Assembly: GCA_964016885.1 (NCBI GenBank)
Contig: OZ024744.1
Coordinates: 130,138,001-130,202,000, forward strand
DNA: 64,000 nt
Direction: 5' to 3'
From: Eledone cirrhosa
Lineage: Eukaryota
The notes beneath the pieces are model-generated. The model worked only from the letters and a program-made list of their open reading frames with translations. It was not told where the DNA came from and made no database searches. Of the stretch, positions 1-11,000 are shown one piece after another; positions within the stretch are counted from its first letter, which is position 1, and each line of letters opens with the position of its first letter. The translations under genes were made by a program, and so were the position numbers.

Positions 1-179
1 AATTTAAGTTGGGTCTGATTAAGTTGGGGTTAAGTTAAGTTGGGGTTAAGTTAAGTTGGGGTTAAGTTAAGTTGGGGTTAAGTTAAGTTGGGTTTACGTT
101 AAGTTGGGGGTAAGTTAAGTTGGGGTTAAATTAAGTTGGGGTTAAGTTAAGTTGGGGTTAAGTTAAGTTGGGGTTAAGT

Positions 180-2650
180 TAAGTTGGGGTTAAGTTAAGG
201 TGGGGTTAAGTTAAGTTGGGGTCAACTTAAGTTGGGGTTAAGTTAAGTTGGGGTTAACTTAAGTTGGGCTTAAGTTAAGTTGGGGTTAAGTTAAGTTGAG
301 GTTAAGTTAAGTTGGTGTTAAGTTAAGTTGGGGCTAAGTTAAGTTGGGGCTGAGTTAAGTTGGGGCTGAGTTAAGTTGGAGTTAAGTTAAGCTGGGGTTG
401 AGTTAAGTTGCGGTTAAGTTAAGTTGGGGTTAAGTTAAGTTGGGGTTAAGTTAAGTTGGAGTTAAGTTAAGTTGGGGTTTATTTAAGTTGGGGTTCAGTT
501 AATTTGGGGTTAAATTAAGTTTGGGTTAAGTTGGAGTTAAATTAAGTTGGGGTTAAATTAAGTTGGGGTTAAGCTAAGTTGGGGTTAAGTTAAGTTGGGG
601 TTAATTTAAGTTGGGGTTAAGTTAAGTTGCGGGGAATTTAAGTCGGGGTTAAGTTAAGTTGGGGTTAAGTTAAGTTGGGGTTAAGTTAAGGTGGGGTTTA
701 GTTAAGTTGGGGTTAAGTTAAGTTGGGGGTAAGTTAAGTTGGGGGTAAGTTAAGTTGGGGGTAAGTTAAGTTGGGGTTAAGTTAAGTTGGGGTTAAGTTA
801 AGTTGGGGTTAAATTAAGTTAGGGTTAAGTTAAGTTGGGGTTGAGTTAAGTTGGGGTTAAGTTAAGTTGGGGTTATGTTAAGTTGGGGTTAAGTTAAGTT
901 GGGGTTAAGTTAAGTTGGGGTTAAGTTAAGTTGCGGTTAAGTTAAGTTGGGGTTAAGTTAAGTTGGGGTTAAGTTAGATTGTTGTTAAGTTAAGTTGGGG
1001 TTAAGTTAAGTTGGGGTTAATTTAAGTTGGGGTTAAGTTAAGTTGGGGTTAAGTTAAGTTGGGGCTTAGTTAAGTTGGGGTCAACTAAAGTTGGGGTTAA
1101 GTTAAGTTGGGGTTTATTTAAGTTGGGGTTCAGTTAATTTGGGGTTAAGTTAAGTTTGGGTTAAGTTGGGGTTAAATTAAGTTGGGGTTAAGTTAAGTTG
1201 GGGTTAAGTTAAGTTGGGGTTAAGTTAAGTTGGGGTCAAGTTAAGTTGGGGTTAAGTTAAGTTGGGGGTAAGTTAAGTTGGGGGTAAGTTAAGTAGGGGT
1301 TAAATTATGTTGGGGTTAAGTTAAGTTCGGGTTAAGTTAAGTTGGGGTTAAGTTGAGTTGGGGATAAGTTAAGTTGGGGATAAGTTAAGTTGGGCTAAGT
1401 TAAGTTGGGTTTAAGTTAAGTTTGGGTTAAGTTAAGTTGGGGTTAAGTTAAGTTGGGGTTAAGTTAAGTTGGTTAGTTAAGTTGAGTTTAAGTTAAGTTG
1501 GGGTTAATTTAAGTTGCGGTTAAGTTAAGTTGGGGTTAAGTTAAGTTGGGGTTAAGTTAAGTTGGGGTTAAGTTAAGTTGCGGTTAAGTTAAGTTGAGGT
1601 TAAGTTAAGTTGGGGTTAAGTTAAGTTGGGGTTAAGTTAAGTTGGGGCTAAGTTAAGTTGGGGCTAAGTTAAGTTGGGGCTAAGTTAAGTTGGGGTTAAG
1701 TTAACTTTGGGTTAAGTTAATTTGGGTTTGAGTTAAGTTGGGGTTAATTAAGTTGGGGTTAAGTTAAGTTGGGGTTAAGTTAAGTTGGGGTTAAGTTAAG
1801 TTGGGGTTAAGTTAAGTTGCGGTTAAGTTAAGTTGATGTTAAGTTAATTTGGGGTTAAGTTAAGTTGGGGTTAAGTTAAGTTGGGGTTAAGTTAAGTTGG
1901 GGTTAAGTTAAGGTGTGGTTAAGTTAAGTTGGGGTCAACTTAAGTTGGGGTTAAGTTAAGTTGGGGTTAAGTTAAGTTGGGGTTAAGTTAAGTTGAGGTT
2001 AAGTTAAGTTGGTGTTAAGTTAAGTTGGGGCTAAGTTAAGTTGGGGCTGAGTTAAGTTGGGGCTGAGTTAAGTTGGAGTTAAGTTAAGCTGGGGTTGAGT
2101 TAAGTTGCGGTTAAGTTAAGTTGGGGTTAAGTTAAGTTGGGGTTAAGTTAAGTTGGGGTTAAGTTAAGTTGGGGTTTATTTAAGTTGGGGTTCAGTTAAT
2201 TTGGGGTTAAGTTAAGTTGGGGTTAATTTAAGTTGGGGTTAAGTTAAGTTGCGGGGAATTTAAGTCGGGGTTAAGTTAAGTTGGGGTTAAGTTAAGTTGG
2301 GGTTAAGTTAAGGTGGGGTTTAGTTAAGTTGGGGTTAAGTTAAGTTGGGGGTAAGTTAAGTTGGGGGTAAGTTAAGTTGGGGGTAAGTTAAGTTGGGGTT
2401 AAGTTAAGTTGGGGTTAAGTTAAGTTGGGGTTAAATTAAGTTAGGGTTAAGTTAAGTTGGGGTTGAGTTAAGTTGGGGTTAAGTTAAGTTGGGGTTATGT
2501 TAAGTTGGGGTTAAGTTAAGTTGGGGTTAAGTTAAGTTGGGGTTAAGTTAAGTTGCGGTTAAGTTAAGTTGGGGTTAAGTTAAGTTGGGGTTAAGTTAGA
2601 TTGTTGTTAAGTTAAGTTGGGGTTAAGTTAAGTTGGGGTTAATTTAAGTT
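180..2650 (+). repeat. Block ~180-1030 repeated at ~1890-2650 (offset 1.62-1.71 kb)
   Basis: GTCAACTTAAG 221/1934, GCTGGGGTTGAG 391/2088, GCGGGGAATTTAAGTCGGGG 629/2251, TTAGATTGTTG 974/2596. Confidence 0.8.
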
Positions 2651-3339
2651 GGGGGTTAAGTTAAGTCGGGGTTAAGTTGAGTTGGGGTTAAGTTAAGTTG
2701 GGGTTAAGTTAAGTTGGGGTTAAGTTAAGTTGGGGTTAAGATAAGTTGGGGTTAAGTTAAGTTGGGGTTGAGTTAAGTTCGGGTTGAGTTAATTTGGCGT
2801 TGACTTAAGTTGGGGTTAACTTAAGTTGGGATTAAGTTAAGTTGGGGTTAAGTTAAGTTGGGGTTAAATTAAGTTCGGGTTAAGTTAAGTTGGGGTTAAG
2901 TTAAGTTGGGCTTAAGTTAAGTTGGGGTTAAGTTAAGTTGGGGTTAAGTTAGGTTGGGGTTAAGTTAAGTTGGGGGTAAGTTAAGTTGGGGGTAAGTTAA
3001 GTTGGGGTTAATTTAAGTTGGGTCGAATTAAGTTGGTGTTAAGTTAAGTTGGGGTTAAGTTAAGTTGGGGTTAAGTTAAGTTGGGGTTAAGTTAAGTTGG
3101 GGTTAAGTTGGGGTTACGTTAAGTTGGGGGTAAGTTAAGTTAGGGTTAAGTTAAGTTGGGGTTGAGTTAAGTCGGGGTTAAGTTAAGTTGGGGTTATGTT
3201 AAGTTGGGGTTAAGTTAAGTTGGGGTTAAGTTAAGTTGGGGTTCAATTAAGTTGCGGTTAATTTAAGTTGGGGTTAAGTTAAGTTGGGGTTAAGTTAAGT
3301 TGGGGTTAAGTTAAGTTGGGGTTAAGTTAAGTTGGGGTT

Positions 3340-6300
3340 AAATTAAGTTGGGGTTAAATTAAGTTGGGGTTAAGTTAAGTTGGGGTTATGTTAAGTTGGT
3401 GTTAAGTTAAGTTGGGGTTAAGTTAAGTTGGGGTTAAGTTAAGTTGGGGTTAAGTTAGGTTGGTGTTAAGTTAAGTTGGGGGTAAGTTAAGTTGGGGGTA
3501 AGTTAAGTTGGTGTTAAGTTAAGTTGGGGTTAAGTTAAGTTGGGGTTAAGTTAAGTTGGGTTTAAGTTAAGTTGGGGCTAAGTTAAGTTAGGGCTAAGTT
3601 AAGTTGGGGTTAAGTAAAGTTAGGGCTAAGTTAAGTTGGGTTAAGTTAAGTTGGGGTTAATTTAAGTTGGGGTTACATTAAGTTGAGGTTAAGTTAAGTT
3701 GGTGTTAAGTTAAGTTGGGGTTAATTTAAGTTGGGGTTAATTAAGTTGGGGTTAAGTTAAGTTGGGGTTAAGTTAAGTTGGGGTTAATTTCAGTTGGGGT
3801 TGAGTTAAGTTGGGGTTAAGTTTAGTTGGGGTTAATTTAAGTTGGGGTTGAGTTAAGTTGGGGTTAAGTTAAGTTGGGGTTAAGTTAAATTCGGGTTAAG
3901 TTAAGTTGGTGTTAAGTTAAGTTGGGGTTAAGTTAAGTTGGGGCTAAGTTAAGTTGGGGTTAAGTTAAGTTGGGGTTAAGTTAAGTTAGGGTTAATTTAA
4001 GTTGGGGTTATGTTAAGTTGGGGTTAAGTTAAGTTGGGGTTAAGTTAAGTTGGGGCTAAGTTAAGTTGGGGTTTAGTTAAGTTGGGGTTAAGTTAAGGTG
4101 GGGTTAAGTTAAGTTGGGGTCAACTAAAGTTGGGGTTAAGTTAAGTTGGGGTTAATTTAAGTTGGGGTTAAGTTAAGTTGGGGTTAAGTTGGGGTTAAAT
4201 TAAGTTGGGGTTAAGTTAAGTTGGGGTTAAGTTAAATGGGGTTAAGTTAAGTTGCGGGTAATTTAAGTTGGGGTTAAGTTGGGGTTAAGTTAAGTTGGGG
4301 TTAAGTTAAGTTGGGGTTAAGTTAAGTTAGGGTTAAGTTAAGTTGGGGTTGAGTTAAGTTGGGGTTAAGTTAAGTTGGGGTTATGTTAAGTTGGGGTTAA
4401 GTTAAGTTGGGGTTAAGTTAAGTTGGGGTTAAGTTAAGTTGCGGTTAAGTTAAGTGTGGGTTAAATTAAGTTGGGGTTAAGTTAAGTTGGGATTAAGTTA
4501 AGTTGGGGTTAAGTTAAGTTGGGGTTAAGTTAAGTTGGGGTTAAGTTAGATTGTTGTTAAGTTAAGTTGGGGTTAAGTTAAGTTGGGGTTAATTTAAGTT
4601 GGGGTTAATTTAAGTTGGGTCTAATTAAGTTGGGGTTAAGTTAAGTTGGGGTTAAGTTAAGTTGGGGTTAAGTTAAGTTGGGGTTAAGTTAAGTTGGGGT
4701 TAAGTTAAGTTGGGTTTACGTTAAGTTGGGGGTAAGTTAAGTTGGGGTTAAATTAAGTTGGGGTTAAGTTAAGTTGGGGTTATGTTAAGTTGGTGTTAAG
4801 TTAAGTTGGGGTTAAGTTAAGTTGGGGTTAAGTTAAGTTGGGGTTAAGTTAGGTTGGTGTTAAGTTAAGTTGGGGGTAAGTTAAGTTGGGGGTAAGTTAA
4901 GTTGGTGTTAAGTTAAGTTGGGGTTAAGTTAAGTTGGGGTTAAGTTAAGTTGGGTTTAAGTTAAGTTGGGGCTAAGTTAAGTTAGGGCTAAGTTAAGTTG
5001 GGGTTAAGTAAAGTTAGGGCTAAGTTAAGTTGGGTTAAGTTAAGTTGGGGTTAATTTAAGTTGGGGTTACATTAAGTTGAGGTTAAGTTAAGTTGGTGTT
5101 AAGTTAAGTTGGGGTTAATTTAAGTTGGGGTTAATTAAGTTGGGGTTAAGTTGGGGTTAAATTAAGTTGGGGTTAAGTTAAGTTGGGGTTAAGTTAAATG
5201 GGGTTAAGTTAAGTTGCGGGTAATTTAAGTTGGGGTTAAGTTGGGGTTAAGTTAAGTTGGGGTTAAGTTAAGTTGGGGTTAAGTTAAGTTAGGGTTAAGT
5301 TAAGTTGGGGTTGAGTTAAGTTGGGGTTAAGTTAAGTTGGGGTTATGTTAAGTTGGGGTTAAGTTAAGTTGGGGTTAAGTTAAGTTGGGGTTAAGTTAAG
5401 TTGCGGTTAAGTTAAGTGTGGGTTAAATTAAGTTGGGGTTAAGTTAAGTTGGGATTAAGTTAAGTTGGGGTTAAGTTAAGTTGGGGTTAAGTTAAGTTGG
5501 GGTTAAGTTAGATTGTTGTTAAGTTAAGTTGGGGTTAAGTTAAGTTGGGGTTAATTTAAGTTGGGGTTAATTTAAGTTGGGTCTAATTAAGTTGGGGTTA
5601 AGTTAAGTTGGGGTTAAGTTAAGTTGGGGTTAAGTTAAGTTGGGGTTAAGTTAAGTTGGGGTTAAGTTAAGTTGGGTTTACGTTAAGTTGGGGGTAAGTT
5701 AAGTTGGGGTTAAATTAAGTTGGGGTTAAGTTAAGTTGGGGTTATGTTAAGTTGGTGTTAAGTTAAGTTGGGGTTAAGTTAAGTTGGGGTTAAGTTAAGT
5801 TGGGGTTAAGTTAGGTTGGTGTTAAGTTAAGTTGGGGGTAAGTTAAGTTGGGGGTAAGTTAAGTTGGTGTTAAGTTAAGTTGGGGTTAAGTTAAGTTGGG
5901 GTTAAGTTAAGTTGGGTTTAAGTTAAGTTGGGGCTAAGTTAAGTTAGGGCTAAGTTAAGTTGGGGTTAAGTAAAGTTAGGGCTAAGTTAAGTTGGGTTAA
6001 GTTAAGTTGGGGTTAATTTAAGTTGGGGTTACATTAAGTTGAGGTTAAGTTAAGTTGGTGTTAAGTTAAGTTGGGGTTAATTTAAGTTGGGGTTAATTAA
6101 GTTGGGGTTAAGTTAAGTTGGGGTTAATTTCAGTTGGGGTTGAGTTAAGTTGGGGTTAAGTTAAGTTGGGGTTAAGTTAATTTCGGGTTAAGTTAAGTTG
6201 GTGTTAAGTTAAGTTGGGGTTAAGTTAAGTTGGGGCTAAGTTAAGTTGGGGTTAAGTTAAGTTGGGGTTAAGTTAAGTTAGGGTTAATTTAAGTTGGGGT

Positions 6301-7020
6301 TATGTTAAGTTGGGGTTAAGTTAAGTTGGGGTTAAGTTAAGTTGGGGCTAAGTTAAGTTGGGGTTTAGTTAAGTTGGGGTTAAGTTAAGGTGGGGTTAAG
6401 TTAAGTTGGGGTCAACTAAAGTTGGGGTTAAGTTAAGTTGGGGTTAACTTAAGTTGGGGTTAAGTTAAGTTGGGGTTAAGTTGGGGTTAAATTAAGTTGG
6501 GGTTAAGTTAAGTTGGGGTTAAGTTAAATGGGGTTAAGTTAAGTTGCGGGTAATTTAAGTTGGGGTTAAGTTGGGGTTAAGTTAAGTTGGGGTTAAGTTA
6601 AGTTGGGGTTAAGTTAAGTTAGGGTTAAGTTAAGTTGGGGTTGAGTTAAGTTGGGGTTAAGTTAAGTTGGGGTTATGTTAAGTTGGGGTTAAGTTAAGTT
6701 GGGGTTAAGTTAAGTTGGGGTTAAGTTAAGTTGCGGTTAAGTTAAGTTGGGGTTAAATTAAGTTGGGGTTAAGTTAAGTTGGGATTAAGTTAAGTTGGGG
6801 TTAAGTTAAGTTGGGGTTAAGTTAAGTTGGGGTTAAGTTAGATTGTTGTTAAGTTAAGTTAGGGTTAAGTTAAGTTGGGGTTAATTTAAGTTGGGGTTAA
6901 TTTAAGTTGGGTCTAATTAAGTTGGGGTTAAGTTAAGTTGGGGTTAAGTTAAGTTGGGGTTAAGTTAAGTTGGGGTTAAGTTAAGTTGGGGTTAAGTTAA
7001 GTTGGGTTTACATTAAGTTG
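3340..7020 (+). repeat. Left-flank higher-order repeat: three related copies (~1394, 962 and ~1330 bp) including a near-perfect 962-bp tandem duplication (~4173-5134 / ~5135-6096)
   Basis: TTATGTTAAGTTGGTG at 3386/4780/5742, TTAAATGGGG at 4232/5194/6524, TTAGATTGTTG at 4546/5508/6838. GTGTGGG occurs only at 4454 and 5416 within this region. Confidence 0.85.
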
Positions 7021-8008
7021 GGGGTAAGTTAAGTTGGTGGTAAGTTAAGTTGGGGGATAGTTAAGATGGGGTTAAGTTAAGTTGGGGTTAATTTAATTTG
7101 GGGTTAAGTTAAGTTAGGGTTAAGTTAAGTTGGGGTTGAGTTAAGTCGGGGTTCAGTTAAGTTGGGGTTATGTTATGTTGGGGTTAAGTTAAGTTGGGGT
7201 TAAGTTAAGTTGGGGTTCAATTAAGTTGCGGGTAATTTAAGTTGGGGTTAAGTTAAGTTGGGGGTACGTTAAGTTGGGGGTAAGTTAAGTTGGGGTTAAG
7301 TTAAGTTGGGGTTAAGTTAAGTCGGGGTTAATTTAAGTTGCGGTTAAGTTAAGTTGGGGTTAAGTTAAGTTGGGGTTAAGTTAAGTTGGGATTAAGTTAA
7401 GTTGGGGTTAAGTTAAGTTGGGGTTGAGTTAAGTTGGGGTTAAGTTAGATTGTTGTTAAGTTATTTTGGGGTTAAGTTAAGTTGGGGTTAAGTTAAGTTG
7501 GGGTTAATTTAAGTTGGGGTTAAGTTAAGTGGGGGTTAAGTTGAGTTGGGGTTAAGTTAAGTTGGGGTTAAGTTAAGTTGGGGTTAAGTTAAGTTGGGGT
7601 TAAGATAAGTTGGGGCTAAGTTAAGTTGGGGTTGAGTTAAGTTCGGGTTGAGTTAATTTGGGGTTAGCTTAAGTTGGGGTTAACTTAAGTTGGGATTAAG
7701 TTAAGTTGGGGTTAAGTTAAGTTGGGGTTAAATTAAGTTCGGGTTAAGTTAAGTTGGGGTTAAGTTAAGTTGGGGTTAAGTTAAGTTGGGGTTAAGTTAG
7801 GTTGGGGTTAAGTTATGTTGGGGGTAAGTTAAGTTGGGGGTAAGTTAAGTTGGGGGTAAGTTAAGTTGGGTCTAATTAAGTTGGGGTTAAGTTAAGTTGG
7901 GGTTAAGTTAAGTTGGGGTTAAGTTAAGTTGGGGTTAAGTTAAGTTGGGGTTAGGTTAAGTTGGGGCTAAGTTAAGTTGGGGTTAAGTTAAGTTGGGGTT
8001 ACGTTAAG

Positions 8009-11000
8009 TTGGGGGTAAGTTAAGTTGGTGGTAAGTTAAGTTGGGGATAAGTTAAGATGGGGTTAAGTTAAGTTGGGGTTAATTTAATTTGGGGTTAAGT
8101 TAAGTTGGGGTTAAGTTAAGTTGGGGTTAAGTTAAGTTGGAGTTAAGTTAAGTTGGGGGTAAGTTAAGTTGGGGTTAAGTTAAGTTGGGGTTAAGATAAG
8201 TTGGGGTTAAGTTAAGTTGGGGTTGAGCTAAGTTGGGGTTGAGTTAATTTGGGGTTAAGTTAAGTTGGGGTTAAGTTAAGTTGGGGTTAAATTAAGTTGG
8301 GGTTAAGCTAAGTTGGGGTTAAGTTAAATTGAGGTTAAGTTAAGTTGGGGTTAATTTAAGTTGGGGTTAAGCTAAGTTGGGGTTAAGTTAAATTGAGGTT
8401 AAGTTAAGTTGGGGTTAAGTTAAGTTGGGGTTAATTTAAGTTGGGGCTAAGTAAAGTTGGGGCTAAGTTAAGTAGGGGTTAAGTTAAGTTAGGGTTGAGT
8501 TAAGTTGGGGTTAAGTTAACTTTGGGTTAAGTTAAGTTGGGTTTGAGTTAAGTCGGGGTTAATTAAGTTGGGGTTAAGTTAAGTTGGGGTTAAGTTAAGT
8601 TGGGGTTAAGTTAAGTTGGGGTTAAGTTAAGTTGCGGTTAAGTTAAGTTGAGGTTAAGTTAAGTTGGGGTTAAGTGAAGTTGCGGTTAAGTTAAGTTGGG
8701 GCTAAGTTAAGTTGGGGCTAAGTTAAGTTGGGGCTTAGTTAAGTTGGGGTTAAGTTAAGTTGGGGTTAAGTTAAGGTGGGGTTTAGTTAAGTTGGGGTCA
8801 ACTAAAGTTGTGGTTAAGTTAAGTTGGGGTTCACTTAAGTTGGGGTTAAGTTAAGTTGGGGTTAAGTTAAGTTGGGGTTTATTTAAGTTGGGGTTCAGTT
8901 AATTTGGGGTTAAGTTAAGTTTGGGTTTAGTTGGGGTTAAATTAAGTTGGGGTTAAGTTAAGTTGGGGTTAAGTTACGTTGGGGTTAATTTAAGTTGGTG
9001 TTAAGTTAAGTTGCGGGTAATTTAAGTTGGGGTTAAGTTAAGTTGGGGTTAAGTTAAGTTGGGGTTAAGTTAAGTTGGGGGTAAGTTAAGTTGGGGGTAA
9101 GTTAAGTTGGGGGTAAGTTAAGTTGGGGTTAAGTTAAGTTGGGGTTAAGTTAAGTTGGGGTTAAGTTAAGTTAGGGTTAAGTTAAGTTGGGGTTGAGTTA
9201 AGTTGGGGTCAAGTTAAGTTGGGGTTATGTTAAGTTGGGGTTAAGTTAAATTGGGGTTAATTTAACTTTGTGGTTAAGTTAAGTTGGGGTTAATTTAAGT
9301 TGGGGTTAAGTTAAGTTGGAGTTAAGTTAAGTTGGGGTTAAGTTAAGTTGCGGTTAAGTTAAGTTGAGGTTAAGTTAAGTTGGGGTTAAGTTAAGTTGGG
9401 GTTAAGTTAAGTTGGGGCTAAGTTAAGTTGGGGCTAAGTTAAGTTGGGGCTTAGTTAAGTTGGGGTTAAGTTAAGTTGGGGTTAAGTTAAGGTGGGGTTT
9501 AGTTAAGTTGGGGTCAACTAAAGTTGGGGTTAAGTTAAGTTGGGGTTTATTTAAGTTGGGGTTCAGTTAATTTGGGGTTAAGTTAAGTTTGGGTTAAGTT
9601 GAGGTTAAATTAAGTTGGGGTTAAGTTAAGTTGGGGTTAAGTTAAGTTGGGGTTAAGTTAAGTTGGGGTTAAGTTAAGTTGGGGGTAAGTTAAGTTGGGG
9701 GTAAGTTAAGTTGGTGTTAAGTTAAGTTGGGGTTAAGTTAAGTTGGGGTTAAGTTAAGTTGGGTTTAAGTTAAGTTGGGGCTGAGTTAAGTTAGGGCTAA
9801 GTTAAGTTGGAGTTAAGTAAAGTTAGGGCTAAGTTAAGTTGGGGTTAAGTTAAGTTGGGGTTAATTTAAGTTGGGGTTACATTAAGATGAGGTTAAGTTA
9901 AGTTGGTGTTAAGTTAAGTTGGGATTAATTTAAGTTAAGTTGGGGTTAAGTTAAGTTGGGGTTAAGTTAAGTTGGGGTTAATTTCAGTTGGGGTTGAGTT
10001 AAGTTGGGGTTAAGTTTAGTTGGGGTTAAGTTAAGTTGGGGTTGAGTTAAGTTGGGGTTAAGTTAAGTTGGGGCTAAGTTAAGTTCGGGTTAAGTTAAGT
10101 TGGTGTTAAGTTAAGTTGGGGTTAAGTTAAGTTGGGGCTAAGTTAAGTTGGGGTTAAGTTAAGTTGGGGTTAAGTTAAGTTGGGGCTAAGTTAAGTTGGG
10201 GCTAAGTTAAGTTGGGGTTAAGTTAAGTTAGGGTTAATTTAAGTTGGGGTTATGTTAAGTTGGGGTTAAGTTAAGTTGGGGTTCACTTAAGTTGGGGTTA
10301 AGTTAAGTTGGGGTTAAGTTAAGTTGGGGTTTATTTAAGTTGGGGTTCAGTTAATTTGGGGTTAAGTTAAGTTTGGGTTTAGTTGGGGTTAAATTAAGTT
10401 GGGGTTAAGTTAAGTTGGGGTTAAGTTACGTTGGGGTTAATTTAAGTTGGGGTTAAGTTAAGTTGCGGGTAATTTAAGTTGGGGTTAAGTTAAGTTGGGG
10501 TTAAGTTAAGTTGGGGTTAAGTTAAGTTGGGGGTAAGTTAAGTTGGGGGTAAGTTAAGTTGGGGGTAAGTTAAGCTGGGGTTAAGTTAAGTTGGGGTTAA
10601 GTTAAGTTAGGGTTAAGTTAAGTTAGGGTTAAGTTAAGTTGGGGTTGAGTTAAGTTGGGGTTAAGTTAAGTTGGGGTTATGTTAAGTTGGGGTTAAGTTA
10701 AATTGGGGTTAATTTAACTTTGTGGTTAAGTTAAGTTTGGGTTAATTTAAGTTGGGGTTAAGTTAAGTTGGAGTTAAGTTAAGTTGGGGTTAAGTTAAGT
10801 TGGGGTTAATTTAAGTTGCGGTTAAGTTAAGTTGAGGTTAAGTTAAGTTGGGGTTAAGTTAAGTTGGGGTTAAGTTAAGTTGGGGCTAAGTTAAGTTGGG
10901 GCTAAGTTAAGTTGGGGCTTAGTTAAGTTGGGGTTAAGTTAAGTTGGGGTTAAGTTAAGGTGGGGTTTAGTTAAGTTGGGGCCAACTAAAGTTGGGGTTA

